A stretch of 59,710 bases of DNA, filler included. It is 4 parts of 4 records of this genome, joined end to end, with 100 filler letters (N's around TTAATTAATTAA, not from the genome) between each part and the next. Parts side by side here need not be neighbours in the genome. Positions count along the whole stretch, not along the records: positions 29,882 to 43,010 come from DRR378314_1774; 3 more parts are not named here. One strand, 5' to 3'. How positions within the stretch are numbered: position 1 is the stretch's first letter; each line of letters opens with the position of its first letter. Below the pieces are notes generated by a model. It saw nothing but the letters and a program-made list of their open reading frames with translations. It was not told where the DNA came from and did no database searches. Positions 31,851 through 41,821 of the stretch are shown in pieces. Both the position numbers and the translations under genes were made by a program.

Positions 31851-32522
31851 ATGGCTATGATATTAAATTTAGAGACCGCAACCACGAATTGTTCCGTGAG
31901 TATTGCCAACAAAGGGGAAATAATTTCTTTAAGGGAAGATAATAGTCCAAACTATTCGCATTCGGAACAGTTGCACATTTTTATAGAGGAAGCTTTGAAA
32001 GGGGCTTCCTTAACTTTTAAGGATATATCCGCCATTGCCGTTAGCAAGGGTCCTGGGTCTTATACTGGCCTGCGCATAGGAGTGTCGGCAGCCAAGGGGC
32101 TCTGTTTTTCATTGGATCTTCCGCTAATATCGGTTTCCACACTGGAAAGTTTGGCAAAGCAGGGATATGAAAAAAACTATGATTTTATAATTCCTCTCTT
32201 GGATGCCAGGAGAATGGAAGTATATTCGGCCGTTTTTGATGCGGAAGGTAACAATATAAGGGAGACCAGAGCAGAAATTATCAACAAGGATAGTTTTTTG
32301 GAATATGCACAAAAGGGCAGTGTTTTGCTAATTGGGGACGGAGCGGAAAAATGCAGGGAACTGTTGGATCACCCAAATTTTAGTTACCGTTCGGCATTGC
32401 CTACAGCTAAAGAAATGGGAGTATTGTCCTATAAAAAGTTCAAAGCAAACGATTTTGAAAATGTCGCCTACTTTGAACCATACTATTTAAAGGACTTTAT
32501 GTTGCCATCCAAAAAATCTTAG
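31851..32522 (+). CDS. tsaB: t6A biosynthesis protein TsaB
   Basis: ILNLETATTNCSV, HSEQL, GPGSYTGLRIG, DARRMEVY, FEPYYLK. Confidence 0.96.
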   Translation: MAMILNLETATTNCSVSIANKGEIISLREDNSPNYSHSEQLHIFIEEALKGASLTFKDISAIAVSKGPGSYTGLRIGVSAAKGLCFSLDLPLISVSTLESLAKQGYEKNYDFIIPLLDARRMEVYSAVFDAEGNNIRETRAEIINKDSFLEYAQKGSVLLIGDGAEKCRELLDHPNFSYRSALPTAKEMGVLSYKKFKANDFENVAYFEPYYLKDFMLPSKKS

Positions 32523-32524
32523 AC

Positions 32525-33355
32525 TCAAGATTGGTGGATAACCCTTTGTGGGAAAGGAATTTCTATACCTGCGGCATCAAACCTGTTTTTTAGCTCTTCC
32601 ATAACATGAAAGTGGGCTGCCCAAAATACTTCATTTTCGGCCCAAAAACGCAAGGAAAGGTTAACGGAGCTATCTCCCAATTCGGCCACATATACTTCTG
32701 GGGCCGGATCTTTTAAGATGTTTTCATTCTCTGCACATATCTCCAGTAAAATTTCTTTGGCCAATTTTATATTGGAGCCATACCCTATACCCACCGCAAT
32801 CTTGTCCCTTCGCGTGTTTTGGGCATTATAATTAATGATATTGTTATTGGATAGTTGGCCATTGGGAACTATGGCGATTTGATTTCCAAAGGTGCTTAGT
32901 TTAGTTGTAAAAATGGTAATTTCCTTAACCGTGCCATCTACCCCCTGAGCCGAGATAAAATCACCTACCTTAAATGGTTTAAACACCAAGATAAGTACTC
33001 CTCCTGCAAAATTGGCCAAGGAACCTTGTAGGGCCAGGCCAATGGCCAGACCGGCGGCACCAATAATGGCTACCAAGGAAGAGGATTGAACACCCAACTG
33101 GGTAATTACCAGTACAAATAGCATTATTTTTAGGCCGATACTGATAAAACTCATCAAGAACGATTCCAGGGAAGGGTCGTATTCGGCCTTCCTAAAAAAT
33201 TTCTTGACCATTCTGTTGATTAATCTTATAATCCAAAGACCTACTACAAAAATAAGTGCGGCTGTGACCAGGGAGGTGGCCAAACCGGGCAAAATTTCCC
33301 ATGCCCATTCCTGGGCTTTAGTAATGTTGTCCTCGTAGTCGTTCAATATATTCAT
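32525..33355 (-). CDS. mscS: Small-conductance mechanosensitive channel
   Basis: GAAGLAIGLALQGSLANFAGG, KPFKVGD, GIEIPFPQR. Confidence 0.95.
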   Translation of the reverse strand: MNILNDYEDNITKAQEWAWEILPGLATSLVTAALIFVVGLWIIRLINRMVKKFFRKAEYDPSLESFLMSFISIGLKIMLFVLVITQLGVQSSSLVAIIGAAGLAIGLALQGSLANFAGGVLILVFKPFKVGDFISAQGVDGTVKEITIFTTKLSTFGNQIAIVPNGQLSNNNIINYNAQNTRRDKIAVGIGYGSNIKLAKEILLEICAENENILKDPAPEVYVAELGDSSVNLSLRFWAENEVFWAAHFHVMEELKNRFDAAGIEIPFPQRVIHQS

Positions 33356-33488
33356 GTAATTTTAATTTTTTGCAAAACAATAAAAAATCCATTTCCTTGT
33401 CAAATCCCAAACACTAAACAATTGTTAATCTTGCTGACAATTACTGTTGGAATCTAGAGTTTTGATTAGGGTTAGAAAAATATAGTAC

Positions 33489-33514
33489 AAAAAAAGCGCC
33501 TTTTATCGGCGCTT
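33489..33514 (-). terminator. Terminator after the dodecin gene
   Basis: AAGCGCC-N7-GGCGCTT stem followed by a T-run on the minus strand. Confidence 0.7.
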
Positions 33515-33536
33515 ATTGATTGAAATACGAATAATA

Positions 33537-33737
33537 TTAATTCACTTCAAAAGTGATTTTAACATTTACCCGATAATTGTCGATTTTTCCATCCTTAACG
33601 GTAGCGCTTTGTTCATTAATGTAAACCGAACGTATATTTTTTACCGTTTTGGAAGCATGATCAACAGCATTTTTAGCAGCATCTTCCCACCCTTTGTTGG
33701 AATTTGCCAATACTTCGATAACTTTTAAGATAGACAT
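33537..33737 (-). CDS. Dodecin-family flavin-binding protein
   Basis: KVIEVLANSNKGWEDAAKNAV...YRVNVKITF, 66 aa. Confidence 0.9.
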   Translation of the reverse strand: MSILKVIEVLANSNKGWEDAAKNAVDHASKTVKNIRSVYINEQSATVKDGKIDNYRVNVKITFEVN

Positions 33738-33807
33738 AGTATAAATTTTTAGATTCTCTTAAAGTTAACAAATAAAAGCTAGAATGAGGGGTTATTGTTA
33801 TTGAAAA

Positions 33808-34710
33808 TCAACCATTTAAGGCAACTACTTCATTTACCATATCGCCCATCATATTTTTAAGCATGGTTTCGATTCCATTTTTTAGGGTATAGGTAGATGA
33901 TGGGCAACCACTGCAAGCTCCTTGCAAAATAACGTTGACGGTTTTTGTGTCCTCTTCATAGGACTTAAAGAGAATGTTGCCACCATCACTAGCTACTGCA
34001 GGTTTTACATACTCCTCTAAAATATCAATGATCTGCTTGGATATGTCGTCCAAATTGGTGTCCTCCAATTGGGCTTCCGGAGTGTTGGTATTTTGTTTTT
34101 GAAGACTCTTGGCCGAAACCACTTCCTTGCCGGCCGCAATAAAATCCCTGATTTTTTCACGAAGCTCCAAGGTAATATCGTCCCATTCCGCAACATCATA
34201 CTTGTTTATGGAAACATAATTAACATCAAAAAACACTTCCTTTACAAAGGGCAGCATAAATAGTTGTTTGGCCAATTCCGAATCTTTGGCCTCATCTATG
34301 TTCTTAAATTCAAAAATTGTTGGTACAATTCTTTTGTTGGTCACGAATTTCATCACGGACGGATTGGGGGTAACTTCGGCATACACTGTTACGGCCACCT
34401 TCTTTTGATTTTCATCCTCCTTAACAACAGGTTCGCCAGCATTAAGATAATCTACCAACTGTTGTGCCACACTATCCTTAACATCGTCCCATTCCACAAT
34501 ATCATAACGCTCCAATCCTATAAAGTTACCTGAGATATAGACCGTTTTTATAAACGGTAGATAAAATAACTGTTGGGCCAAAGGCGAAATTTTAGCTTCG
34601 TCTATGTTTTTGAATTCGTAGTTATTATTTTTTGTTATGAAATGATTAGTCTCAAATTTTAGTATCGCCGGATTCTTCGTGGGTACCACGGTAATTATAA
34701 ACTCCTCCAT
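33808..34710 (-). CDS. NifU/Nfu-type Fe-S carrier with two Nfu N-terminal domains
   Basis: Two T(K/P)NPxx(L/M)KF...LA(Q/K)QLFxLPF(I/V)K repeats, then VKPAVASDGG and GACSGCPSS. Confidence 0.92.
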   Translation of the reverse strand: MEEFIITVVPTKNPAILKFETNHFITKNNNYEFKNIDEAKISPLAQQLFYLPFIKTVYISGNFIGLERYDIVEWDDVKDSVAQQLVDYLNAGEPVVKEDENQKKVAVTVYAEVTPNPSVMKFVTNKRIVPTIFEFKNIDEAKDSELAKQLFMLPFVKEVFFDVNYVSINKYDVAEWDDITLELREKIRDFIAAGKEVVSAKSLQKQNTNTPEAQLEDTNLDDISKQIIDILEEYVKPAVASDGGNILFKSYEEDTKTVNVILQGACSGCPSSTYTLKNGIETMLKNMMGDMVNEVVALNG

Positions 34711-34828
34711 TTAAATATTTTTTACAAAAGTACGAAGGTTTTCTAAGTTATGGCATATATAATAATGTAGTATTTCAACCGTTATCATTTATATTTGGAC
34801 GATGTTATTAACACACCCCTCATCTTAA

Positions 34829-35821
34829 ATGAAACGACATTTATTGATTTTACTTTCGTTTTTTGCGATTGGCTATCAGTCCATTGCTCAAGAAGGCGTT
34901 CCTGTTTATTTTGATTATTTAGCGGATAACTACTATTTGGTATACCCATCAATGGCAGGAATAGGCGAGGGAGGGAAAATTAGGGCAACTATTAGAAAAC
35001 AATGGTTTAGTGTAGATGAGGCTCCCAATATGCAGACCTTGAATGCACATTTTAGGGTTGGTGAAAGAAGCGGCTATGGAGCTACGGTTTTCAATGATGC
35101 CAACGGCTATCATTCCCAAACGGGATTTAAACTTACCTATGCACATCATTTGAGATTGGGAGGGGATTTTAGAAGTCTAAATCAACTCTCTTTTGGACTT
35201 AGTGCAGGCATACAGCAAAGTAATTTGGACGAGTCGGAGTTTGTTTCTGTTATTCCAGATCCAATAATTACGGGTTCCAGGAATAGTGTTGGCTATTTCA
35301 ATATGGATTTGGGAATGTCCTATAATTTTATGGAATTCTATGCCCATGCCGCTGTCCATAATCTAATGGGGAGAGGTAGGGATCTATATTCGGCCATAGA
35401 ATCCAATAACTTAAGAAAATACCTCATATCATCGGGTTATGTGTTTGGAAAGAGCGAATGGCAAGTGGAGCCTTCGGTTCTATTTCAGTTTACCGAGTTT
35501 ACCCAGGAAAAGGCAATCGATATTAACGCCAAAGTTTATAAGAGTGTAGATTTTGGAACGGTTTGGGGCGGTCTTTCCTATCGAAGAAGTTTTGATGGGG
35601 CACAATACCAAACTGCCAGCGATTTTGGGGAACAGCGTTTACAGCTTTTTACCCCAATAGTGGGGGTTAACTACAAGAATTTTTTGGTCTCCTATAACTA
35701 TTCCTACCAAATGGGGGATGTTAGATTTGACAATGGCGGATTTCATCAAATTACCCTTGGTTACGATTTTGGACAGACTGAGAAAAGATACGACTGTAAG
35801 TGTCCGGCTGTTAATTACTAA
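34829..35821 (+). CDS. Type IX secretion PorP/SprF-family membrane protein
   Basis: Signal peptide, YLVYPSMAG, RKQW...AP.MQTL, beta-barrel pattern, HQITLGY. TATATTTG promoter at 34790-34797. Confidence 0.9.
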   Translation: MKRHLLILLSFFAIGYQSIAQEGVPVYFDYLADNYYLVYPSMAGIGEGGKIRATIRKQWFSVDEAPNMQTLNAHFRVGERSGYGATVFNDANGYHSQTGFKLTYAHHLRLGGDFRSLNQLSFGLSAGIQQSNLDESEFVSVIPDPIITGSRNSVGYFNMDLGMSYNFMEFYAHAAVHNLMGRGRDLYSAIESNNLRKYLISSGYVFGKSEWQVEPSVLFQFTEFTQEKAIDINAKVYKSVDFGTVWGGLSYRRSFDGAQYQTASDFGEQRLQLFTPIVGVNYKNFLVSYNYSYQMGDVRFDNGGFHQITLGYDFGQTEKRYDCKCPAVNY

Positions 35822-35990
35822 TTCCGAAGCTGCGCTTTGCAGTTTGTCAATATTTCCTTTATTATTGATATTTGGTACTTGTGTAACCAAAAATTAAATG
35901 TTCAACAGATTTTTTAGATCCATTGAACATTTTATTAAATCTTTCATTCATTTACAGCCTTAAGAGCAGATTTTTTAGTAGGTAAAGGGC

Positions 35991-37169
35991 TTATTCCCAA
36001 CGATAATTTTTCTTGGCCGCCTGTTTTTTAATAGCGGTAAGCATGGCATTTTCCAATTCACCCTTTTCATTATCCTTTTGCTGTGAGGCAATATAAGCTT
36101 CCCTTTTGCTGTTCAGGTCTTGGATTTCTTTTTGGATATCATTACGCTCCTTTTTCTTTCCTTCTATAAAGGATGCAATTTCAGTTTTGGATTTTCCCTT
36201 TAACTCCATTGGCAATTGCTCCTTTTCAATCTTGTCTATGTCAAAACCTTCAGCCTTGGAGGCATCCACTAAGTCCCAGGAAGAATTGGTGTAAAGTCTG
36301 GACGATTTGCTGACCGCTCTTTTAACCGCAACAGCTTCCTCCATTTCCATGGCATTGCTATCCTGGGCGCTTTGCTGCTGTATTTTTGCAGCGCCCAAGG
36401 CTCCATAGGATATATAGGTTTTGTTCAGTCTGGAATTTAATTTAATAATCACATCATCATAGGGTGTGGCTATATGTACTACCTTCCTGTTGTGGTCTAT
36501 GGCCATATATTCTCCTCCCGTTAATTGGGCCCCATTTTTCCAACCTGTATTGATGCCTTGCTCGTAGGCACCACAAAAAATGGTATTTACAATAACATCC
36601 TTTTCCTTGGCGTTGGCCACCGCATCCTTATAATTTAATTTTCCTTGGGTAAAGGGTTCATTGCCGGCAATAAAGATCATCTTTAGCTGGTCTGGATTTT
36701 TTCCCCAGTCCAATTGGCTCAAAGAAGTTTGTATTACTTGTCCGCAATATTCTTCCCCTCCATTGGTTGAGAGTGAGAATAGTTTTTCTGAAATCTCATC
36801 CAGATCACTGCTAAAACCTAAAACCTGTTGAATATAACCTTCCCTGGAGGATAAATCATCGTTTCCGTATTGGTACAGGGCAATCTGCAGCTGAGGCCTG
36901 CCATCGTTGCCACATTTGGCATGCGTAAATTTGTTCACAATATCCCATAATTGTGCTTTCGCCTGATTTATTAGTCCGTCCATACTATTGCTGGTATCTA
37001 GCAGGAGTGCTATTCTGACTATATTATTGGCCGGCTTGGAGTCTTCTTTTGCCACTTCGGTGAAACCAGGATCTTTTAGGGTGTGCCTATTATTAAGATC
37101 GTGGCCAAAAATTTGACCCATTCCTAGGGCAATAGCCCCTAAAACTAATATTTGCTTTACATTTTTCAT
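35991..37169 (-). CDS. Exported von Willebrand factor A domain protein
   Basis: Signal peptide, MIDAS motif LLDTSNSMD, TNGGEEYCG, IFIAGNE, coiled-coil C-terminus. Confidence 0.88.
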   Translation of the reverse strand: MKNVKQILVLGAIALGMGQIFGHDLNNRHTLKDPGFTEVAKEDSKPANNIVRIALLLDTSNSMDGLINQAKAQLWDIVNKFTHAKCGNDGRPQLQIALYQYGNDDLSSREGYIQQVLGFSSDLDEISEKLFSLSTNGGEEYCGQVIQTSLSQLDWGKNPDQLKMIFIAGNEPFTQGKLNYKDAVANAKEKDVIVNTIFCGAYEQGINTGWKNGAQLTGGEYMAIDHNRKVVHIATPYDDVIIKLNSRLNKTYISYGALGAAKIQQQSAQDSNAMEMEEAVAVKRAVSKSSRLYTNSSWDLVDASKAEGFDIDKIEKEQLPMELKGKSKTEIASFIEGKKKERNDIQKEIQDLNSKREAYIASQQKDNEKGELENAMLTAIKKQAAKKNYRWE

Positions 37170-37341
37170 AGTACTTTATTTTAGTTGAACATTGATTCTT
37201 ATGTATTCGTAGCGGTTGGTTAATTATAGCTAACCACTATTTTTAGTGTGTTATGAGCCACCTGTGTTCTAAGTATCTTTATAATAATTGGTGATACCAT
37301 GGGTTAAAAGTAGGATCAACATTGTTCTAAAAAAACAAGCA

Positions 37342-37404
37342 ATGAGTAAACGGCCATTTTGGATGAGGCAAGTAGGGTTTTGGATTCGTTAAGCATGTTT
37401 TAGG
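37342..37404. promoter_or_regulatory. Three imperfect 21-bp-period direct repeats, candidate LytTR boxes
   Basis: ATGAGTAAACGGCCATTTTGG / ATGAGGCAAGTAGGGTTTTGG / ATTCGTTAAGCATGTTTTAGG, between the vWA and kinase genes. Confidence 0.55.
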
Positions 37405-37482
37405 TTTGTAAACTGCACTATTTATGGGAATAGGGCATTTTTTAGTATGGTTTAAATCAATTAAGTTTATCATATATATTAT

Positions 37483-39693
37483 ATGGGCATGGCCAAATTT
37501 TTTCACATATGTTTATTGCTGGTACTGGGTTCCGCATCGGGGTATTCCCAAATATCGCAGACCGCATCTAATTTTGAACTACAGGGGGTGGTCAGGGAAA
37601 AGGGAAGTAATCAAGGCCTTTCCGGTGTGGCAGTGTCCACCAACAGTGGGGAGTATACGCTGACGAATGCCAAAGGGGAATTTAAAATAAAGGTCTACAT
37701 AGGTCAGGAGCTAATCTTTGAAAGTCCCCTTATGGAAACCGTACGATATAGGGTAACAAGTAAGGACGATTTGGAAATTTTGGTAGAGACCAATATCAAG
37801 AATAATATTGGGTTAAGTAGGAGTAGTAGTCAAGCGGAAAGACCTACCTCTTTGTATTATACATATATAGATTCTGCCAATTATTACAAAAAGAGCAATA
37901 TTCGAAAAAGCATCGATTTTATTACCCAATCACTTGCCCAATTAGGGATGGGGAGTAATAAGGAGCAATTGGCTATAGCCTATTCCACATTGGGCGAGGT
38001 ATATCAATATCACAAGCAGTACGATTTGGCCATCTCCAGCTACAAGGATGCGCTATTGGCCAACCAGACACTAAAAACATCATTGCTGCTAGCCAAGACC
38101 TATGTGTTGAACAAGGAGTATGGGGAAGCTGAGAAGTTGTTGTCACCTATGGAGAAAATAGCCAAAATGGTGCCATTTCAGAGGGTGGAACTGTACGAGA
38201 TCCTTGGAGATGCCTATGTTGGCTTAGGAGACGTGGATAAGGCTGTGGCATTTTATGGAGAGGGCCTTAAAATAGCTGATAAGAATCAGATCGCCCCAAA
38301 AACCATCGACCTAAATTCCAGAATAGCCACTGCTTACGCAAAGGGAAATCGACTTCAAGAAGCAAACGCCTATTTTAATAACTCCCTGGAGCTTTCTTCG
38401 GGACAAGCGCCCCAGCGTGCGGTTCAGGAAAAAGAGAAAGTGGCCGATTTTTACAATAAAAAAAATCAATTTGGACAAGAAATCCAATTGCGAAAAAAGA
38501 GTTTGGAGGATTTAAAAAAGATTCCCAAAAGCGAGGTCGCGGATAGATTATCCATAGAGAACGATTCCATATCGGCCCAAAGAATAAATTATAAAATTGC
38601 CAACGCCTATATTGCCCAGGATAAATATGATGAAGCTATTCCTTATTTGGAAGAGAGTATAAAAGATGCAGATGTTGATGATGATTTGTTGGTCAGGAAA
38701 GATGCCACACGTAAATTATCCGAAGTTTATAAATATAAGGGAGATTACACCAAAGCTTTGGAGACCTATCAGGAGTATGTAGCCGTTGTAGATACCCTAT
38801 ATGTTAGAAAAGAGCAGGAAATAGCCAGGGCGGCCCGATTTAATAGGGAGCTTGCTGCCAAGCAAAGTAGGATATCCGGCCTTGAACAGGAGAGGGAGCT
38901 TACCCAAAGTAAATACAGCTTGGCGCTCACGGAGCAGCAATTGGTGGCAGAAAGTATAAAACGACAAAATTGGATCATATATTCCTTGATCTTTGGAATG
39001 CTTTTGATGGGGTTGGCGGTCTACTTTTTTTACAGGAGCAATAAGCAACAAAAGTTGGCCAATAATTTATTGGCCCTAAAATCCCTGAGGTCGCAAATGA
39101 ATCCTCATTTTATATTCAATGCCTTGAATTCAGTAAATAATTTTATTGCCAAAAGTGACGAAAGAAGCGCAAACAGGTACTTGAGCGACTTTTCTACCCT
39201 GATGCGGGCCGTATTGGAGAATTCCGATGAGGATTTTATTCCCCTGTCCAAGGAATTGGAACTGTTGGAGCTGTATACCAAGTTGGAGCATTCGCGCTTT
39301 TCGGATAAATTCGATTATAGGATTACAGTGGATGAGGATATTGATATTGATGCCTTTCAAATACCGCCCATGTTGTTGCAACCTTATATAGAAAATGCCA
39401 TATGGCACGGCTTGCGCTATAGGGAGGACAAGGGGTTTTTGCAAATTGGGATTAAACAGAAAGATAAGCTTGCCTTGGAGATTTCTATAACCGATAACGG
39501 CATAGGTAGAAAGAATTCTGCGGCCTTGAAGACTCAAAATCAGAAAAAACAAAAATCCAAGGGTATGGGCAACATCAAAAAGAGAATAGAAATATTGAAC
39601 GATATGTATAGGGATAGGGTAGATGTCATTATTTCAGACCTGGAAACAAATGGCACTGGCACCAAGGTGCTATTTACAATTAAGAAGGACTGA
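37483..39693 (+). CDS. TPR-containing LytS-type sensor histidine kinase with N-terminal carboxypeptidase-regulatory-like domain
   Basis: Signal peptide, LQGVVRE...LSGVAV...TNAKGEFKI, several TPRs, one TM, LRSQMNPHFIFNALN, QPYIENAIWHG, DNGIG. Confidence 0.92.
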   Translation: MGMAKFFHICLLLVLGSASGYSQISQTASNFELQGVVREKGSNQGLSGVAVSTNSGEYTLTNAKGEFKIKVYIGQELIFESPLMETVRYRVTSKDDLEILVETNIKNNIGLSRSSSQAERPTSLYYTYIDSANYYKKSNIRKSIDFITQSLAQLGMGSNKEQLAIAYSTLGEVYQYHKQYDLAISSYKDALLANQTLKTSLLLAKTYVLNKEYGEAEKLLSPMEKIAKMVPFQRVELYEILGDAYVGLGDVDKAVAFYGEGLKIADKNQIAPKTIDLNSRIATAYAKGNRLQEANAYFNNSLELSSGQAPQRAVQEKEKVADFYNKKNQFGQEIQLRKKSLEDLKKIPKSEVADRLSIENDSISAQRINYKIANAYIAQDKYDEAIPYLEESIKDADVDDDLLVRKDATRKLSEVYKYKGDYTKALETYQEYVAVVDTLYVRKEQEIARAARFNRELAAKQSRISGLEQERELTQSKYSLALTEQQLVAESIKRQNWIIYSLIFGMLLMGLAVYFFYRSNKQQKLANNLLALKSLRSQMNPHFIFNALNSVNNFIAKSDERSANRYLSDFSTLMRAVLENSDEDFIPLSKELELLELYTKLEHSRFSDKFDYRITVDEDIDIDAFQIPPMLLQPYIENAIWHGLRYREDKGFLQIGIKQKDKLALEISITDNGIGRKNSAALKTQNQKKQKSKGMGNIKKRIEILNDMYRDRVDVIISDLETNGTGTKVLFTIKKD

Positions 39694-39766
39694 TATAAAT
39701 TAGAGAAGTTAAGGTTCATAGGTCAGAGAGGCCATAAGGGGAAGCAATAAAAACAAAAATTTGAGA

Positions 39767-40498
39767 ATGAAGTTAAATGCCCTAATTGTAGAAGATGAAG
39801 CAAATAGCAGGGAAATTCTACGTAATTATTTGGCCAAATATTGTCCTGCCGTTAATTTGGTAGGCGAAGCGGCGACCATTAAGGAAGGGCTTGCCCTGAT
39901 CAATAACAACGACCTGGATGTGGTATTCCTGGATGTGGAAATGCCTTTTGGAAATGCTTTCGATTTGTTGGATCAGCTACCTGACCGTAATTTTGAGACC
40001 GTTTTTGTCACTGCCTATAACCAGTACGCCATAGATGCGCTAAATGCCCACGCCGCCTATTATTTAATGAAGCCCATTAGCATAGATGAACTGATAAAGG
40101 CAGTGGACTATGTAGCTGCAATAAGGGAGAAGGAAAAGGCAATAGAGAATCGTGTTCTTACCCCTAAATTTAACAAGGTGGATGGAAAAATAACCCTGCC
40201 GCAACAGGATGGTTTTCAGGTGTTGAATGTGTCGGATATTTTATATTGCAAAGCGGATGACAATTACACGGAACTGTATTTGGAAAAACAAAAAATTCTG
40301 GTCAGTAAAACGCTTAAATATTTTGAGGATGCCTTGTCCGACTATACCTTTGCCAGAGTCCATAAATCTTATCTGGTAAATGTAAATGAGATCGTTAAGT
40401 ATAAGAAGGGTAAGGGTGGCAGTGTGGTAATTTCCAATGGAAAGGAGATTATGGTTTCCGCTTCCAAAAAGAAGGATTTGCTGTCGTTTTTTGAATAG
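39767..40498 (+). CDS. LytTR-family response regulator
   Basis: IVEDE, FLDVEMP, YLMKPI receiver domain. FARVHKSYLVN LytTR motif. Confidence 0.96.
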   Translation: MKLNALIVEDEANSREILRNYLAKYCPAVNLVGEAATIKEGLALINNNDLDVVFLDVEMPFGNAFDLLDQLPDRNFETVFVTAYNQYAIDALNAHAAYYLMKPISIDELIKAVDYVAAIREKEKAIENRVLTPKFNKVDGKITLPQQDGFQVLNVSDILYCKADDNYTELYLEKQKILVSKTLKYFEDALSDYTFARVHKSYLVNVNEIVKYKKGKGGSVVISNGKEIMVSASKKKDLLSFFE

Positions 40499-40534
40499 CG
40501 TAGCTTTGCCCAAAGTCTAAGGTTGCACGTTGGA

Positions 40535-40793
40535 GATTGAGCGGAGTCGAAATCGGAGATGAAAAATAGTAATGAGCGGCAAACGGTCAACAGCAATCAG
40601 GGATGTTTACTACCTTGTGACTTCGGCTACGCTCAGCCACCGGATGAAAAATAGGAAGATTGAGAGGGGTAGAAATTGAAGTATACTTGAGATTGTAAAT
40701 AGTGAACAATCAACAGTTAATAATTAATAGTGAAAAACGGGAAAGTCCAATGTATAAAATACCGCCATTTTTCGTTCGAGCGCAGTCGAGAAC
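40535..40793. repeat. Cluster of Flavobacteriaceae REP-like GAGCGnAGYCGA elements
   Basis: GATTGAGCGGAGTCGAAATC (40535-40554), CTTCGGCTACGCTCAGCC (40621-40638, inverted), degenerate GATTGAGAGGGGTAGAAATT (40658-40677), GTTCGAGCGCAGTCGAGAAC (40774-40793). Confidence 0.7.
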
Positions 40794-40870
40794 TTCTGAT
40801 ATTAGGTGGTGTCAAACCTTAGCAAGTAACGGATGTTAGAAACCAAAAAAACATAAACGAATAAACTAAG

Positions 40871-41380
40871 ATGATTAAGACCATAAATGGTAAATCGCCC
40901 CAGATAGGGGAGGATTGTTATATTGCGGAGAATGCCACCATTGTGGGCGATGTAGTCATGGGAAACCAATGCAGCATTTGGTTCAATGCCGTTTTAAGAG
41001 GTGATGTTCATTATATCAAAATGGGAAATAAGGTAAACGTGCAGGATGGTGCCGTTATACATTGTACCTATTTAAAGTCGCCCACCAATATTGGCAATAA
41101 TGTTTCCATAGGTCATAACGCCATTGTTCACGGCTGTACCGTTCATGATAATGTGTTAATAGGAATGGGCAGTATAATCATGGACGATTGTATTGTGGAA
41201 AGCAACAGTATCATTGCGGCCGGAGCGGTAGTTACTAAAGGAACACATGTACCTTCAGGTTCCATATTCGCGGGAATGCCGGCAAAAAAAATTAAGGATA
41301 TCAGTGCTGACTTAAGTGTAGGGGAGGTAGAACGTATAGCCAATGCTTATGTAAAATATTCCAGTTGGTTCAAGGAGTGA
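40871..41380 (+). CDS. Gamma-carbonic-anhydrase-family (YrdA-like) hexapeptide protein
   Basis: LRGDV, NVQDGAVIH, IGHNAIVHGC (three His ligands), left-handed beta-helix repeats. Confidence 0.95.
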   Translation: MIKTINGKSPQIGEDCYIAENATIVGDVVMGNQCSIWFNAVLRGDVHYIKMGNKVNVQDGAVIHCTYLKSPTNIGNNVSIGHNAIVHGCTVHDNVLIGMGSIIMDDCIVESNSIIAAGAVVTKGTHVPSGSIFAGMPAKKIKDISADLSVGEVERIANAYVKYSSWFKE

Positions 41381-41550
41381 TTTCTTTATATTTAAATATG
41401 CTTCAAGGAATATTTTCAGGTTTGTATGCTTGTAGAAAGGGAAACCTGATCTACCTCTCCTTTGGAGAGCCTGCCTTTGCTGGTAGGCAGGGTCGGAACT
41501 GTCTTTTTCGACGGTTCCGGGTGAGGTGAAAATGTAAAATATTCCAGTTG
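41349..41550 (+). repeat. 19-bp exact direct repeat duplicating the 3' end of the gamma-CA gene, enclosing two palindromes
   Basis: ATGTAAAATATTCCAGTTG at 41349-41367 and 41532-41550. Inside: CTCTCC-TTT-GGAGAG (41455-41469) and CCTGCCT-N8-AGGCAGG (41470-41491). Confidence 0.8.
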
Positions 41551-41821
41551 TTTTAAGGGATAATTTCAAGAAATAATAGGGAGGTGATAGGTTTATAGTG
41601 GTGGTTTGATAATTTGAATTGATTTTGGGGGATAATTATAAGGAATTCTAATTCTTGGAAATCAAAGCGGACACCTAGCCAATTAATCTTATTTTTGTTT
41701 AATTGGAAAAGGTTTGAAATATGAACCATAATCAAATGTTGATGTAAAAAGATTTGTTGTATGGGGATTTCACTACCTAATTCAGTGTGTTAAACTAATT
41801 AATAATAAAAAATACAAGTAA

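Noticed and set aside
33808..34710. Internal duplication in the NifU-family protein
   Set aside because: To my knowledge the double N-terminal domain is the usual flavobacterial form.
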